A stretch of DNA of 64,000 bases from Clostridia bacterium (GTDB taxonomy: Bacteria; Bacillota; Clostridia; Christensenellales; CAG-138): contig JAVVSK010000006.1 of NCBI GenBank assembly GCA_036654235.1, positions 34,102 through 98,101 of the forward strand, given 5' to 3'. The notes under the pieces are model-generated. The model worked only from the letters and a program-made list of their open reading frames with translations, had not been told where the DNA came from and did not search any database. The stretch's first letter is position 1; every line of letters begins with the position of its first letter. The translations under genes and the position numbers were made by a program. This document shows positions 37,447 through 47,859 of the stretch, one piece after another.

Positions 37447-37845
37447 ATGCTTACGACAGATCCCATAGCCGATATGCTTACGAGAATTCGCAATGCTTTA
37501 ACCGCGAAGCACGAGGAAGTTGACGTTCCCTGTTCTTCAATTAAGCTTTCCATAGCCCAAATTTTACTTGACGAGGGTTATATAAAAGAATTTAAGGTTA
37601 AAGAAGACGGTATAGTAAGGAATATAAGAATAAAGCTCAAATACGGTCCTAATAAGAGCCGCGTTATAACGGGCTTAAAGAGAATCAGCAAGCCGGGCTT
37701 GCGCGTTTACGCTAGGAAGGATAAGATCCCAAAGGTGTTAAACGGATTGGGAATAGCGATAATTTCAACGTCCAGCGGTGTCATGGTTGACAGGGAAGCG
37801 CGCAGAGCGCAAGTTGGCGGCGAAGTTTTAGCATATATTTGGTAA
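37447..37845 (+). CDS. rpsH: 30S ribosomal protein S8
   Basis: [25 protein letters not shown]. Confidence 0.97.
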   Translation: MLTTDPIADMLTRIRNALTAKHEEVDVPCSSIKLSIAQILLDEGYIKEFKVKEDGIVRNIRIKLKYGPNKSRVITGLKRISKPGLRVYARKDKIPKVLNGLGIAIISTSSGVMVDREARRAQVGGEVLAYIW

Positions 37846-37860
37846 TTTGGAGGTGCTATC

Positions 37861-38400
37861 ATGTCACGAATCGGAAAACTTCCGATAACAATTCCTAACG
37901 GAGTGACAATCACGGTCGCTGACAACAACACCGTGACCGTTAAAGGCCCAAAAGGGCAGCTTTGTGAAAAGATTTCGAAAGAAATGAAGATCACACAAAA
38001 AGACGGAGTTTTAACCGTTGAAAGATCATGCGACGATAAAACGCATCGTTCGCTCCATGGGCTTTCGCGTACTCTGGTTAACAATATGGTGCTCGGGGTC
38101 ACAGCGGGTTACCAAAAGAGCCTTGAAATAGTTGGAACCGGTTATAGGGCGGCGAAGCAGGGTAATAAAATGACGTTAAACATGGGTTACAGTCATCCTG
38201 TTGAGTTTATTGAGCAAGACGGGATAGAGTTCGAAGTTCCCGCGCCGACTAAGATAATCGTAAAGGGTATTGATAAGCAGAAGGTCGGTCAGATTGCCGC
38301 GAACGTCCGTGCGGTGCGTAAGCCCGAACCGTACTTGGGTAAAGGTATCAAGTACAGTAACGAGGTTATACGTCGCAAGGAAGGCAAGACGGGCAAGTAA
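37861..38400 (+). CDS. rplF: 50S ribosomal protein L6
   Basis: [19 protein letters not shown]...GYSHPVEF...GKGIKY. Confidence 0.97.
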   Translation: MSRIGKLPITIPNGVTITVADNNTVTVKGPKGQLCEKISKEMKITQKDGVLTVERSCDDKTHRSLHGLSRTLVNNMVLGVTAGYQKSLEIVGTGYRAAKQGNKMTLNMGYSHPVEFIEQDGIEFEVPAPTKIIVKGIDKQKVGQIAANVRAVRKPEPYLGKGIKYSNEVIRRKEGKTGK

Positions 38401-38422
38401 TGCGTAGAGAAGGAGTGACAAT

Positions 38423-38791
38423 ATGATTTCAAGAATTGATAAAAACGCCGTGCGTAAGGCGCGTCACGACCGGACGAGGGGGTATCTCACCGGAACGGGC
38501 GATCGTCCGAGACTCAACATATATAGGAGTCTCAATAATATTTACGCTCAGGTTATAAATGACGAAGTCGGTAAAACCTTGGTGTCCGCCTCTACGCTTG
38601 AAGCCGAAATTAAGGCTAAGTTAGAAGGTAAGACGAAGAAGGAAGCCGCTATGATAGTCGGAACCGCCGTAGGCGAGCGCGCTAAGAAAATGGGTATAAC
38701 GAAGGTTGTTTTCGATCGCGGCGGCTATCTTTACACGGGTCGCGTGGCAGAAGTGGCTGCCGGTGCAAGAAAAGCCGGACTGGATTTCTAA
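38423..38791 (+). CDS. rplR: 50S ribosomal protein L18
   Basis: [32 protein letters not shown]...[27 protein letters not shown]. Confidence 0.96.
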   Translation: MISRIDKNAVRKARHDRTRGYLTGTGDRPRLNIYRSLNNIYAQVINDEVGKTLVSASTLEAEIKAKLEGKTKKEAAMIVGTAVGERAKKMGITKVVFDRGGYLYTGRVAEVAAGARKAGLDF

Positions 38792-38803
38792 AGGAGAAAA
38801 AGA

Positions 38804-39307
38804 ATGCAAAACAGAGTTGATGCGTCCACATTGGATTTAAAGGAAAGACTGGTTGCGGTCAATCGCGTTGCAAAGGTCGTCAAGGGCGGTCGTAATTTCC
38901 GCTTTAGCGCTCTTATGGTCGTCGGAGATCAAAACGGTCATGTCGGCGTTGGCATGGGCAAAGCTGCTGAAATCCCGGAAGCGGTTCGAAAGGGAATTGA
39001 AGACGCAAAGCGTCACATGATCGAGGTACCTATAGTTGGAACGACTATTCCCCATGCCGTTGAAGGTAGGTTCAGTAAAGGACATGTGCGGATGCTTCCC
39101 GCTGAGGAAGGTACCGGAGTTATAGCGGGTGGTCCCGCGCGCGCGGTTCTTGAAGCTGTTGGGATAAAGGATATTCGTACAAAGAGCTATGGCTCCAATA
39201 ATCCGGCGAACTGTGTAAAAGCGACGCTCGAGGGACTTTGCCAGCTTCGTACGGCAGAGCAAATCGCGAGGCTTCGCGGCAAGACCGTTCAAGAGATTAC
39301 GGACTGA
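38804..39307 (+). CDS. rpsE: 30S ribosomal protein S5
   Basis: [39 protein letters not shown]. Confidence 0.97.
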   Translation: MQNRVDASTLDLKERLVAVNRVAKVVKGGRNFRFSALMVVGDQNGHVGVGMGKAAEIPEAVRKGIEDAKRHMIEVPIVGTTIPHAVEGRFSKGHVRMLPAEEGTGVIAGGPARAVLEAVGIKDIRTKSYGSNNPANCVKATLEGLCQLRTAEQIARLRGKTVQEITD

Positions 39308-39320
39308 TTGGAGGAAAACA

Positions 39321-39500
39321 ATGGCTAACCTTAAAATAACGCTCAAAAAGAGCACCATAGGTTCCTTAAAGGATCAGAAGGCGACTATCAAGGCTTTAGG
39401 GCTTCATAAACTTAACAGTATTGTTATAAAGCCCGATAACGCCGCGATCCGCGGGATGATATTTAAGGTATCGCACCTTATATCGGTGGAAGAAGTTTAA
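39321..39500 (+). CDS. rpmD: 50S ribosomal protein L30 (59 aa, below the ORF-track cutoff)
   Basis: Translation [67 protein letters not shown]. It sits in the conserved slot between rpsE and rplO. Confidence 0.9.
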   Translation: MANLKITLKKSTIGSLKDQKATIKALGLHKLNSIVIKPDNAAIRGMIFKVSHLISVEEV

Positions 39501-39515
39501 CACGGGAGGCGCAAC

Positions 39516-39956
39516 ATGAAATTACATGAGTTAAGACCCGCAGAAGGCTCAACGCACAGCAGAAAGCGTGTTGGTCGTGGTACGGGCTCAGGCATGGGCA
39601 AGACCTCGACGATGGGTCATAAGGGTCAAAAAGCGCGCAGTGGCAGTAAGAAAAACGGGTTTGAAGGCGGACAGATGCCTCTTGCGCGTAGACTGCCGAA
39701 ACGCGGGTTTACAAATATATTCGCAAAAGTATATACTGTTATAAACGTATCCGATCTTGAGAGACTTGAGAACGGAACAGTGGTTACAGCAGAGCTTTTA
39801 AAGGAAATGCGTATAATTAGCAAGATTGAAAAAGATGGATTAAAGATTCTTGGTCGCGGCGAACTTACAAAGAAGCTTACGGTCAAGGCTGCCAAATTTA
39901 CAGAAACCGCTAAGAACGCAATCACGGCCATCGGCGGAACAGTCGAGGTGCTCTGA
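39516..39956 (+). CDS. rplO: 50S ribosomal protein L15
   Basis: [41 protein letters not shown]. Confidence 0.96.
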   Translation: MKLHELRPAEGSTHSRKRVGRGTGSGMGKTSTMGHKGQKARSGSKKNGFEGGQMPLARRLPKRGFTNIFAKVYTVINVSDLERLENGTVVTAELLKEMRIISKIEKDGLKILGRGELTKKLTVKAAKFTETAKNAITAIGGTVEVL

Positions 39957-41242
39957 TGTTTAAAACATTCGCAAACGCATGGAAGGTAAAGGATATAAGA
40001 TCTAAAATTCTCTTTACACTTCTGCTTATAGTTATTTATCGCCTCGGCACATTTATACCTGTGCCGGGCGTTAATGTAGACTATATAGCAAGCCAAGTCA
40101 ACAAGATGGAGATATTGGGCTTCTTGAACCTCTTTTCGGGCGGCGCGTTCAAGTCGTTCTCGATATTTGCGATGGGTATTTCGCCGTATATTACGGGTTC
40201 CATTATAGTTCAGCTTTTGACAATAGCACTTCCCCCGCTTGAGCGTTTGTCAAAAGAAGAAGATGGAAGACAAAAGATAGAGGCTATAACCCGTTATGTG
40301 GGTATCGGTCTCGCAGCGGTTCAAAGTGTAGGTATCGTTTTAAGTATGGGCTCAAGCGCTGTAAGCGATACGAGCTTTTTGAATTATGCAAGAATAGCTG
40401 TTATATGTACAGCCGGAACGGCTTTTCTAATGTGGATGGGCGAACGTATAACGGAAAAGGGAATAGGAAACGGAATATCATTATTGATATTTGCTTCGAT
40501 AATTTCTCAGGTTCCGGATACCGTTTACCGTATATTCCTTGGTGTATTTTCTGCCGATCCGAGCACGGGCGCCGTATACTATTGGTGGATTATCCCTGTT
40601 TGTCTCCTCGTTGTTCTCGTTCTTGTTGCTGGTATCGTTGCTATTGATAAGGCGAAACGCAAGATTCCCGTTCAATATGCGAAACGAGTAGTTGGACGGA
40701 AAATGTATGGCGGTCAGACAACACATATTCCTATGAAAGCGAATGCCAACGGTGTTATGCCCTTGATTTTCGCTATGACCCTTATGTCATTTCCGAGCAT
40801 GCTTGCTCAGATTTTTTCAGGTGGAACGGGTAGCTTCTACGTTTGGTGGAATCAAACGTTTGGAACCGGTCGTCCCCTCTACTACCTTGTATATGCTCTC
40901 CTAATTTTAGGTTTTGCATACTTCTATTCGACTATTTCTTTCAACCCGATTGAAATTTCGAAAAATCTACAACAAAACGGCGGCTTTATCCCGGGTATTC
41001 GTCCAGGTAGAGCGACGAGCGATTATCTTTCAAGGATAAGTAAGCGTTTAACCTTGTTTGGTGCATTAACGCTTATGGCTATAGCAATAATACCCTCGGT
41101 GCTGCTTGCTGTATTTAACATTACCGTGCTTTCATCTTTTGGACCGACGTCTATAATGATTATGGTAAGCGTCGCTCTTGAAACCACGGATCAGCTTGAT
41201 TCTCTCATGCTCATGCGCCATTATAAAGGCTTCTTGAGTTGA
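39956..41242 (+). CDS. secY: Preprotein translocase subunit SecY
   Basis: 10-TM protein with IRSKILFTLLLIVIYRLGTFIPVPGV, FAMGISPYITGSIIVQLL and ITEKGIGNGISLLIF. Its start overlaps the rplO stop in a TGATG motif. Confidence 0.96.
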   Translation: MFKTFANAWKVKDIRSKILFTLLLIVIYRLGTFIPVPGVNVDYIASQVNKMEILGFLNLFSGGAFKSFSIFAMGISPYITGSIIVQLLTIALPPLERLSKEEDGRQKIEAITRYVGIGLAAVQSVGIVLSMGSSAVSDTSFLNYARIAVICTAGTAFLMWMGERITEKGIGNGISLLIFASIISQVPDTVYRIFLGVFSADPSTGAVYYWWIIPVCLLVVLVLVAGIVAIDKAKRKIPVQYAKRVVGRKMYGGQTTHIPMKANANGVMPLIFAMTLMSFPSMLAQIFSGGTGSFYVWWNQTFGTGRPLYYLVYALLILGFAYFYSTISFNPIEISKNLQQNGGFIPGIRPGRATSDYLSRISKRLTLFGALTLMAIAIIPSVLLAVFNITVLSSFGPTSIMIMVSVALETTDQLDSLMLMRHYKGFLS

Positions 41243-41268
41243 GATAAGAGCGAAGGAAGCAATTTTTT

Positions 41269-41904
41269 ATGAAGCTCGTATTTTTAGGACCGCCGGGTGC
41301 CGGAAAAGGCACCCAGGCGGCGAGGATATGTAAAGACCTCGAAATCCCATCAATATCGACGGGCGACATGCTTCGCGAGGAAATAAAGGCGAACACGGAG
41401 CTTGGACGAGAGGCAAAGCAACTGATAAACGTCGGAAAACTTGTGAGCGACGATGTGGTTATCCAAATGGTCGCGCATAGGTTAAAAAACCCCGACTGTG
41501 TAAAAGGCTTTTTGCTTGACGGTTTTCCGCGTACCGAAATTCAGGCGGAGGCTCTTGATCAACTTGCGCGCATTGACATGGCTATTTATTTATACGTTGA
41601 TTTTGAAAGACTTGTAAAGCGTATATCCGGTAGGCGTGTATGCGGCGAATGTGGCGCGACTTATCATATTTCAACTTATAAGGGTGATAGCTGTGATAAA
41701 TGCGGCGGGACTCTTGTGACGAGAGCAGATGATAACGAGGAGACCGTAAAGACGCGGATTTTGACATATTCTGAGCGGATAGCGGAGATTCTCAACTATT
41801 ACGAGAGAAGGCATAAGCTTGTAAGAGTGGATGGAAATGGGACTGCGGAAGCTACGGCGAAGAATATTGAGCAGAAATTGAGGGGATATTCATGGTCTCG
41901 ATAA
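41269..41904 (+). CDS. adk: Adenylate kinase with a zinc-binding lid
   Basis: MKLVFLGPPGAGKGTQA, with the lid CGECGATYH...CDKCGG. Confidence 0.96.
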   Translation: MKLVFLGPPGAGKGTQAARICKDLEIPSISTGDMLREEIKANTELGREAKQLINVGKLVSDDVVIQMVAHRLKNPDCVKGFLLDGFPRTEIQAEALDQLARIDMAIYLYVDFERLVKRISGRRVCGECGATYHISTYKGDSCDKCGGTLVTRADDNEETVKTRILTYSERIAEILNYYERRHKLVRVDGNGTAEATAKNIEQKLRGYSWSR

Positions 41905-42656
41905 AAAACGATGAAGAAATTGTTAAGATGCGCATTGCATCTTCGATAGTTTATGAAACGCTTGAATATTTAAAGACTTTAGTTTGCGTTTCGGTGAGTA
42001 CGGCGGAACTTAATCGTGCGGCGGACGAATTTATTAGAAGTAAGGGCGCGATTCCCGGGTTTCTTAATTATAATGGCTTTCCGGCCAGCATATGCATATC
42101 CGTGAACGACGAGGTTGTACACGGTATACCGGGAAAGAGGAAACTTCAGGATGGGGATATAGTAAGTCTCGACGTTGGAGCTTATATAGACGGATTTCAT
42201 GGAGACGGAGCTAGAACTTATTTAGTAGGCAATGTAGATCAAAAAGTTCAACAGCTGGTTAAAGTAACCAAAGAATGCTTCTTTAAAGGTATTGAACAGG
42301 CGGTGCAGGGCAATCATATAGCGGACATATCATTGGCGATTGAAAATCATGCAAAAAGCTTTGGCTATGGCGTTGTACGAGCTCTCGTCGGTCATGGCAT
42401 CGGGAGAAAACTGCATGAGGCGCCCGAAGTACCGAATTTTTGCGACAGACGAATGGGACGCGGAATTAAACTTCTTTCGGGGATGACGATAGCGGTTGAA
42501 CCCATGATAAATTTGGGATCGGGAGAAGTATTTACCGATCGGGATAACGGATGGACGGTACATACGATAGATAACGCTCCGTCCGCGCACTATGAAAATA
42601 CTATATTGATAACCGAGTCGGCTCCAGTCATTTTAACCGCACCATTGGAGGAATAA
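41892..42656 (+). CDS. map: Type I methionine aminopeptidase
   Basis: VHGIPG...DIVSLDVGAYIDGFHGD...VGHGIGRKLHE...MTIAVEPM...HYENTILIT are the metal-ligand motifs. Confidence 0.95.
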   Translation: MVSIKNDEEIVKMRIASSIVYETLEYLKTLVCVSVSTAELNRAADEFIRSKGAIPGFLNYNGFPASICISVNDEVVHGIPGKRKLQDGDIVSLDVGAYIDGFHGDGARTYLVGNVDQKVQQLVKVTKECFFKGIEQAVQGNHIADISLAIENHAKSFGYGVVRALVGHGIGRKLHEAPEVPNFCDRRMGRGIKLLSGMTIAVEPMINLGSGEVFTDRDNGWTVHTIDNAPSAHYENTILITESAPVILTAPLEE

Positions 42657-42657
42657 T

Positions 42658-42942
42658 ATGGATACGGATCTTGTAGGCAGGACCGCGCTTTCAATAGCCG
42701 GCCGCGATAAAGGAAGGAATTTCATAATCGTGGGGGCACCTGATCCGCAACACGTTTGGGTTGTGGACGGGACATTGAGAAAATTGGACAATCCAAAAAA
42801 GAAAAAGCTTAAGCATATAAGATTCTATGATATAACGGCAGAGGGAATCAAAGAAAAGATAAATGGGAAGAAACCGGTTTTTGATGCTGAAATAAGAAAA
42901 TATTTGCTCAACACTTTTTTAGTAGAAAGCAAGGAGGAATAG
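42658..42942 (+). CDS. Small KOW-domain RNA-binding protein occupying the slot between map and infA
   Basis: [21 protein letters not shown]...VWVVDG resembles a KOW/L14e-like motif. Tightly packed: a 1-nt gap on each side. Confidence 0.6.
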   Translation: MDTDLVGRTALSIAGRDKGRNFIIVGAPDPQHVWVVDGTLRKLDNPKKKKLKHIRFYDITAEGIKEKINGKKPVFDAEIRKYLLNTFLVESKEE

Positions 42943-42943
42943 C

Positions 42944-43165
42944 TTGTCAAAGGATGATGTATTCGAAGTAGCGGGCGTTGTAACGGATTCTTTTCCGAAC
43001 GCGACGTTTGAGGTGACGCTAGAAAATGGACATAAAATTTTGGCGCACATATCGGGGAAACTGCGCATGAATTTCATACGTATTTTACCCGGCGATAAAG
43101 TAACGGTCGAGCTTTCGACGTATGATTTATCGCGCGGCAGAATTACATGGCGTAAAAAGAATTAA
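42944..43165 (+). CDS. infA: Translation initiation factor IF-1
   Basis: [73 protein letters not shown] start at 42944. Confidence 0.95.
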   Translation: MSKDDVFEVAGVVTDSFPNATFEVTLENGHKILAHISGKLRMNFIRILPGDKVTVELSTYDLSRGRITWRKKN

Positions 43166-43184
43166 AAGCGTAAAAAGAATTAAA
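43150..43184 (+). repeat. 18-bp-period tandem duplication of the infA 3' end
   Basis: GCGTAAAAAGAATTAAA occurs at 43150-43166 and again at 43168-43184. The first copy contains the infA stop codon. Confidence 0.85.
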
Positions 43185-43196
43185 GGCGAAAATAAG

Positions 43197-43225
43197 TTGA
43201 CAAAGCGAAAAAATTTTGTTATCAT
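43197..43225 (+). promoter_or_regulatory. Putative internal sigma-A promoter upstream of rpmJ
   Basis: TTGACA (43197-43202), a 17-nt spacer, then TATCAT (43220-43225). Confidence 0.4.
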
Positions 43226-43264
43226 TAACAGTCTTTGAAAAATCGCAACAAGGAGGACGAATAA

Positions 43265-43378
43265 ATGAAGGTCAGACCGTCGGTCAAACCAATGTGCGAA
43301 AAATGCAAGATAATAAAGCGCAAGGGTCGCGTAATGGTTATCTGCGAGAACCCGCGTCATAAGCAAAAACAAGGTTGA
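43265..43378 (+). CDS. rpmJ: 50S ribosomal protein L36 (37 aa, below the ORF-track cutoff)
   Basis: [47 protein letters not shown]. Confidence 0.93.
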   Translation: MKVRPSVKPMCEKCKIIKRKGRVMVICENPRHKQKQG

Positions 43379-43438
43379 CGAGTGGAAAAAATCGGAGCGA
43401 AGCTTCCGCTCAAAAAAGAATATTTTTGAATATCACTT

Positions 43439-43479
43439 GCCAAAAGCGGCTGGCGCGGTTAGCTATCGCGCTTTTTGGC
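43439..43479 (+). promoter_or_regulatory. Hairpin or possible attenuator in the unusually long rpmJ-rpsM spacer
   Basis: The inner stem pairs GCGCG (43453-43457) with CGCGC (43467-43471) and is followed by TTTTT. Alternatively the T-run pairs with AAAA in an outer stem, GCCAAAAG (43439-43446) with TTTTTGGC (43472-43479). Confidence 0.35.
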
Positions 43480-43610
43480 GGGTAAAGAAAAAGGCATCGG
43501 TTTGTTTTGAAAATTAGAGCCATAGGTTTTAACGTCATTTAATCGGTGTTTGATAGAGACAAAGTAAGAAAAGTAAGTAAAGAAAGAATTTTCGGAGGTG
43601 TACAAACTAT

Positions 43611-43982
43611 ATGGCACGTATTTCCGGTGTTGATTTACCGAGGGAAAAGCGAGTCGAGATAGGCCTTACCTACATATTCGGTATAGGTCAAACTACAGCG
43701 AGCGAAATACTCAAGGCGACCGGCGTTGATCCCAACGCAAGGGTCAGGGATCTGAGCGAAAGTGACGTTAGTAAGCTTAGAGACTATATCGACCACAACT
43801 GTAAGGTTGAAGGCGACTTGAGACGTGAAACCTCAATGAACATAAAGCGTCTTGTCGAGATTGGCTGTTACCGCGGAGTTCGTCACCGCAAGGGATTGCC
43901 CGTCAGAGGTCAGAGTACTAAACAAAATGCGCGTACGCGCAAGGGTAAGAAGCGCTCAACAGGCGGAGCGAAGAAGAAGTAA
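43611..43982 (+). CDS. rpsM: 30S ribosomal protein S13
   Basis: [26 protein letters not shown]. Confidence 0.97.
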   Translation: MARISGVDLPREKRVEIGLTYIFGIGQTTASEILKATGVDPNARVRDLSESDVSKLRDYIDHNCKVEGDLRRETSMNIKRLVEIGCYRGVRHRKGLPVRGQSTKQNARTRKGKKRSTGGAKKK

Positions 43983-43996
43983 GGAGGTAATGAATA

Positions 43997-44398
43997 ATGG
44001 CAAAAGCAAAGCTTAAGAAGGCTGGTACGCGAAAACGTCGTGAAAAGAAGAACATTGAACGCGGCGCGGCGCACATTCGATCCTCCTTTAATAACACGAT
44101 GGTAACCATAACGGATATGTTTGGCAATGCTATTTCTTGGTCTTCGGCGGGTGGTTTGGGTTTCCGCGGTTCAAGAAAGAGCACTCCGTTTGCGGCACAG
44201 ATGGCGGCGGAGGCTGCCGCTAAGGCTGCTATGGAACATGGGTTAAAGACGGTCGAGGTTTACGTAAAGGGTCCCGGAAGCGGTCGTGAGGCAGCGATTC
44301 GCGCATTACAGACGGCGGGTCTTGACGTTAACATGATTAAAGACGTGACGCCCATACCGCATAATGGATGCCGTCCGCCGAAGCGTAGAAGAGTTTAA
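43997..44398 (+). CDS. rpsK: 30S ribosomal protein S11
   Basis: [41 protein letters not shown]. Confidence 0.97.
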   Translation: MAKAKLKKAGTRKRREKKNIERGAAHIRSSFNNTMVTITDMFGNAISWSSAGGLGFRGSRKSTPFAAQMAAEAAAKAAMEHGLKTVEVYVKGPGSGREAAIRALQTAGLDVNMIKDVTPIPHNGCRPPKRRRV

Positions 44399-44409
44399 GG
44401 AGAATAACT

Positions 44410-45039
44410 ATGGCAAGATATACGGATTCAGTTTGCAGGCTGTGCCGAAGGGAAGGGCAGAAGCTCTTTTTAAAGGGTGACAGATGTTATTCGGGGAAAT
44501 GCTCCCAGACAAAGAGACCTACCCCTCCGGGGCAACATGGTCAGGCGCGTGCAAGAAAACAATCTGAGTATGGTATTCAGCTCAGAGAAAAGCAAAAGTG
44601 CAGGAGAGCATACGGTGTATTAGAATCCCAGTTCAGGAAATACTATGAAATGGCTTCTAATATGCGCGGTGTAACCGGTGAAAATATGCTCTGTTTATTG
44701 GAAAGAAGATTAGATAACGTGGTTTACCGTTTAGGTCTTGGAAACAGCCGCGCTGAAGCGCGTCAGATGGTCAATCACGGACATATAAGAATCGATGGGA
44801 ACAAGGTTGATATTGCCTCTTTCCTAGTAAAGCCGGGTCAGGTGATAACCGTACGCGAGAGAAGCCGCGATATAAATATATTTAAAGAGTTAAAGGAACA
44901 GGGAGTCAAAAATACCCCGCCAAAGTGGCTTGAGATGGATGCCGAAAACCTTACCGGGAAGGTCATTACGATGCCTAAGCGTGAAGACGTTGATCTTTCT
45001 ATCGCAGAGCACCTTATCGTTGAGTTCTACTCAAGATAA
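44410..45039 (+). CDS. rpsD: 30S ribosomal protein S4
   Basis: [26 protein letters not shown] plus the S4 domain [14 protein letters not shown]. Confidence 0.96.
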   Translation: MARYTDSVCRLCRREGQKLFLKGDRCYSGKCSQTKRPTPPGQHGQARARKQSEYGIQLREKQKCRRAYGVLESQFRKYYEMASNMRGVTGENMLCLLERRLDNVVYRLGLGNSRAEARQMVNHGHIRIDGNKVDIASFLVKPGQVITVRERSRDINIFKELKEQGVKNTPPKWLEMDAENLTGKVITMPKREDVDLSIAEHLIVEFYSR

Positions 45040-45073
45040 TATATCTTGTAAAAAACAGAAAGGGGATTTTGTT

Positions 45074-46024
45074 ATGTTTGAGATTGAAAAACCCAGAATT
45101 GAATGCATATCCACAAGTGAGGACGTTGGCGTTTTCACGGTTATGCCTCTTGAACGCGGCTTTGGTACAACTCTCGGTAACGCACTGAGGCGAGTACTTT
45201 TAAGCTCACTGCCCGGAGCTGCCGTTACGACAATAAAGATAGACGGTGTACTGCACGAATTTTCTTCAATCGAAGGCGTAAAAGAGGATGTAACGGAGAT
45301 AGTTTTAAACCTCAAACAACTGGTGCTCAAACTTTATTGTGACGAGGAGAAAACCATCGTTATAGATAAAGAGGGCGAATGCGTCGTTACAGCCGGCGAT
45401 ATAATCGCAGATTCTGACGTTGAGATAATAAATCCCGATTTGAAAATCGCGACACTTGATAAGGGTGCGAAACTTCATATAGAGATGACTGTCGATTCGG
45501 GGCGCGGGTATGTCAGCGCGGAACGCAATAAAAAGCGTATTAAGGACATGCCAATAGGGCATATAGCCATAGATTCAATATTCACGCCGGTTAAGAAAGT
45601 CAACTTTGAGGTTGAGGACTTCCGCGTTGGTCAGGTTACTGACTTTGACAAGCTAATACTTGAGGTTACTACTACAGGTAGCATTACCCCGGAGGACGCA
45701 GTTTGTTTAGCATCGAAAATATTGACAGAGTATCTCCAGCTCTTTATAAACTATGCGGATCCAAATAGCCGTCAGGTTGAAATGCATGTAAATAAAGACG
45801 ATGATAAGCGTGCAAGGTTATCCGATATGACTATTGAGGAGCTTGATTTATCCGTCCGTTCGTTCAACTGTCTTAAGCGCGCCGGTATAAATACGGTCGA
45901 CGAGTTGGCTAAGAAGAACGAGGACGAGATGATGAAGGTAAGGAATCTTGGTCGTAAGTCGTTGGAGGAAGTCCAATTGAAATTAGCGGCTCTAGGGCTT
46001 ACGCTCAGAGACGGAGAAGAATAA
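45074..46024 (+). CDS. rpoA: DNA-directed RNA polymerase subunit alpha
   Basis: [17 protein letters not shown]...[27 protein letters not shown], with the C-terminal domain [19 protein letters not shown]. The start was trimmed from the track's 44930 to the ATG at 45074. Confidence 0.96.
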   Translation: MFEIEKPRIECISTSEDVGVFTVMPLERGFGTTLGNALRRVLLSSLPGAAVTTIKIDGVLHEFSSIEGVKEDVTEIVLNLKQLVLKLYCDEEKTIVIDKEGECVVTAGDIIADSDVEIINPDLKIATLDKGAKLHIEMTVDSGRGYVSAERNKKRIKDMPIGHIAIDSIFTPVKKVNFEVEDFRVGQVTDFDKLILEVTTTGSITPEDAVCLASKILTEYLQLFINYADPNSRQVEMHVNKDDDKRARLSDMTIEELDLSVRSFNCLKRAGINTVDELAKKNEDEMMKVRNLGRKSLEEVQLKLAALGLTLRDGEE

Positions 46025-46076
46025 TATCGTGGGGGAAACCCATTTTAACTAAGAACCACAAGAGGAGGAAAAACAC

Positions 46077-46568
46077 ATGCCCAACCGTAAGTTAGGCAAG
46101 CCGACGGATCAGCGCGTCGCTATGCTTAGAAATCTTACAACCGCGTTGCTCTTTAACGGCAGGATAGTGACGACGGAAGCGCGCGCAAAGGAAGTTCGCC
46201 CGATAGCGGAAAAACTAATTACGCTCGCGGCGTCTGAATATAAGAACAGCGTTACCGTTAAAAAGGATACGCGAAACGATAAGTCACAGATAGTTGAGAT
46301 CGAAGTGACAAATGATATGCCCTCAAAGCTTCATGCCCGCAGGCAAGTAATGTCGTATCTTTACGATTTTCCTGAGCCGAAGAAGGAGAAGGAAAGCAGG
46401 TCTAAGTACCAAGAGCGTACAGCGGACAGAAAACATGCGGTCCTTGAAAAGCTTTTTAGAGACATAGCGCCGAAATATGAAGATCGAAAGGGTGGCTACA
46501 CCCGAATCGTAAAAATTGGACCTCGCCGTGGAGACGGAGCCGAAATGGTTCTTCTGGAGTTGGTCTAA
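46077..46568 (+). CDS. rplQ: 50S ribosomal protein L17, 163 aa with internal insertions
   Basis: [42 protein letters not shown]...[25 protein letters not shown]. About 40 extra residues relative to the roughly 120-aa Bacillus form. Confidence 0.94.
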   Translation: MPNRKLGKPTDQRVAMLRNLTTALLFNGRIVTTEARAKEVRPIAEKLITLAASEYKNSVTVKKDTRNDKSQIVEIEVTNDMPSKLHARRQVMSYLYDFPEPKKEKESRSKYQERTADRKHAVLEKLFRDIAPKYEDRKGGYTRIVKIGPRRGDGAEMVLLELV

Positions 46569-46591
46569 AACCAAATAGATATATAATTATT

Positions 46592-46618
46592 GCCCTCAAG
46601 TTTTTGAGGGCTTTTTTT
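46592..46618 (+). terminator. Intrinsic terminator ending the ribosomal super-operon
   Basis: GCCCTCAA (46592-46599) / TTGAGGGC (46604-46611), a 4-nt loop, then T7. Confidence 0.85.
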
Positions 46619-46690
46619 CGAATAAAATTGACATTTGGTAAAAAGGTTCTTACAATCAAAGGTAATTTCAAATAAGGAGTTTTTTTAGAT

Positions 46691-47680
46691 ATGGAAAATT
46701 ATGTACCTCTTGTCAACGAATATCGGGGAAAGACGCTTGACTTAATACATCTTGGGTATCTTTCGGCTGTTGATATGAACGGGAAAATAATATTGAACGC
46801 GGGCGATCCCAATGCTATCGTATATTATCGAAGTGCTTCAAAGCCCGTTCAGGCGCTTCCGACTATTGCGCGGCATCTCGACGAAAAATTTGGGCTTACA
46901 GACGAGGAGAGCGTTATATTTTCAGCTTCGCATGCGGGCGAAAAATTTCATATAAGTGCTCTTGAAAGCATACTGAAAAAAACGGGGCTTAAAGAAGAAA
47001 TGCTGATTATGAAGCCCGCCGTTCCTGCATATGCACCCGCTAACGAAGAGAGAATAAGGGAAGGTATTCCGCCTAGAAAGCTATATCATAACTGCGCCGG
47101 GAAACACCTTTCGCTCTTGCTTTTACAAAGAGAACTAGGGGGAGAGCTAACTGATTATTATAAAAACGAATCTTTGGCGCAAATGGAAATATTGCGAACT
47201 ATAAAAGAGGTCGGAGAGACGGATACCGTTGAGTTGGGAATTGACGGATGCGGCGTAACCGTATTTGCGGTTCCCGTTAGAAGCATAGCGACGGCTTTTT
47301 TAAACCTTGCGCACCCCGAGAAGATAAATGACGAGGCATTATCAAACGCCGCGAAACGCTTTATACCGCGCATACATGAATATCCGAGAATGATTCGCGG
47401 GACTAATTATATTTGTTCAATTCTAAATATGGATCCCAATATAGTAGCGAAGGGCGGTGCGAATGGCGTTTATGGATTCGCGTTAAAAAAAGAAGGCATA
47501 GGTGTTTCGTTTAAACTTATAGACGGAACGCAAGATTGTTGGCCGCTTATCATAAAGACGGTTCTTCAACGACTTTCTGCGTTGAGCGATGAAACCCGCG
47601 AGCGTATAGATTTACTTTCCCCAGAAATAATAACGAATGATAACGATATTGTGGTCGGCGAAAGAAGGATTGCCTTTTAA
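46691..47680 (+). CDS. Asparaginase_II-family (Rhizobium-type) L-asparaginase-like protein
   Basis: YYRSASKPVQALP, FSASHAGEKFH and LYHNCAGKH resemble the conserved motifs of the asparaginase II family. Assigned from memory of these motifs only. Confidence 0.55.
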   Translation: MENYVPLVNEYRGKTLDLIHLGYLSAVDMNGKIILNAGDPNAIVYYRSASKPVQALPTIARHLDEKFGLTDEESVIFSASHAGEKFHISALESILKKTGLKEEMLIMKPAVPAYAPANEERIREGIPPRKLYHNCAGKHLSLLLLQRELGGELTDYYKNESLAQMEILRTIKEVGETDTVELGIDGCGVTVFAVPVRSIATAFLNLAHPEKINDEALSNAAKRFIPRIHEYPRMIRGTNYICSILNMDPNIVAKGGANGVYGFALKKEGIGVSFKLIDGTQDCWPLIIKTVLQRLSALSDETRERIDLLSPEIITNDNDIVVGERRIAF

Positions 47681-47808
47681 ATAAGACCGTAAAAATTTTC
47701 ATGCATAAGACAAAAAAGATCTTCTTTTTCTGCGCTTTCCGCCTCTGCTTGTAAACGACCTTTTCCGGTGCAAATAAAGCTAAAATATAAGGAAAAAACA
47801 AACTGCGC

Positions 47809-47837
47809 TGTACACGGGTGAGTCAAGATGGTATAAT
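47809..47837 (+). promoter_or_regulatory. Putative sigma-A promoter for ruvCAB
   Basis: TGTACA (47809-47814), a 17-nt spacer, then TATAAT (47832-47837) with an upstream TG (extended -10). Confidence 0.45.
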
Positions 47838-47859
47838 GAATAAAAGCGGAGGCGGACGC

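Noticed and set aside
31097-40096. Many long antisense ORFs inside ribosomal protein genes and secY (for example 31577-32011, 35489-35908, 37707-38102, 38837-39358, 39626-40096)
   Set aside because: They lie opposite highly conserved genes, lack SDs and have low-complexity translations. Stop-poor antisense frames of this kind are typical of strongly codon-biased genes.
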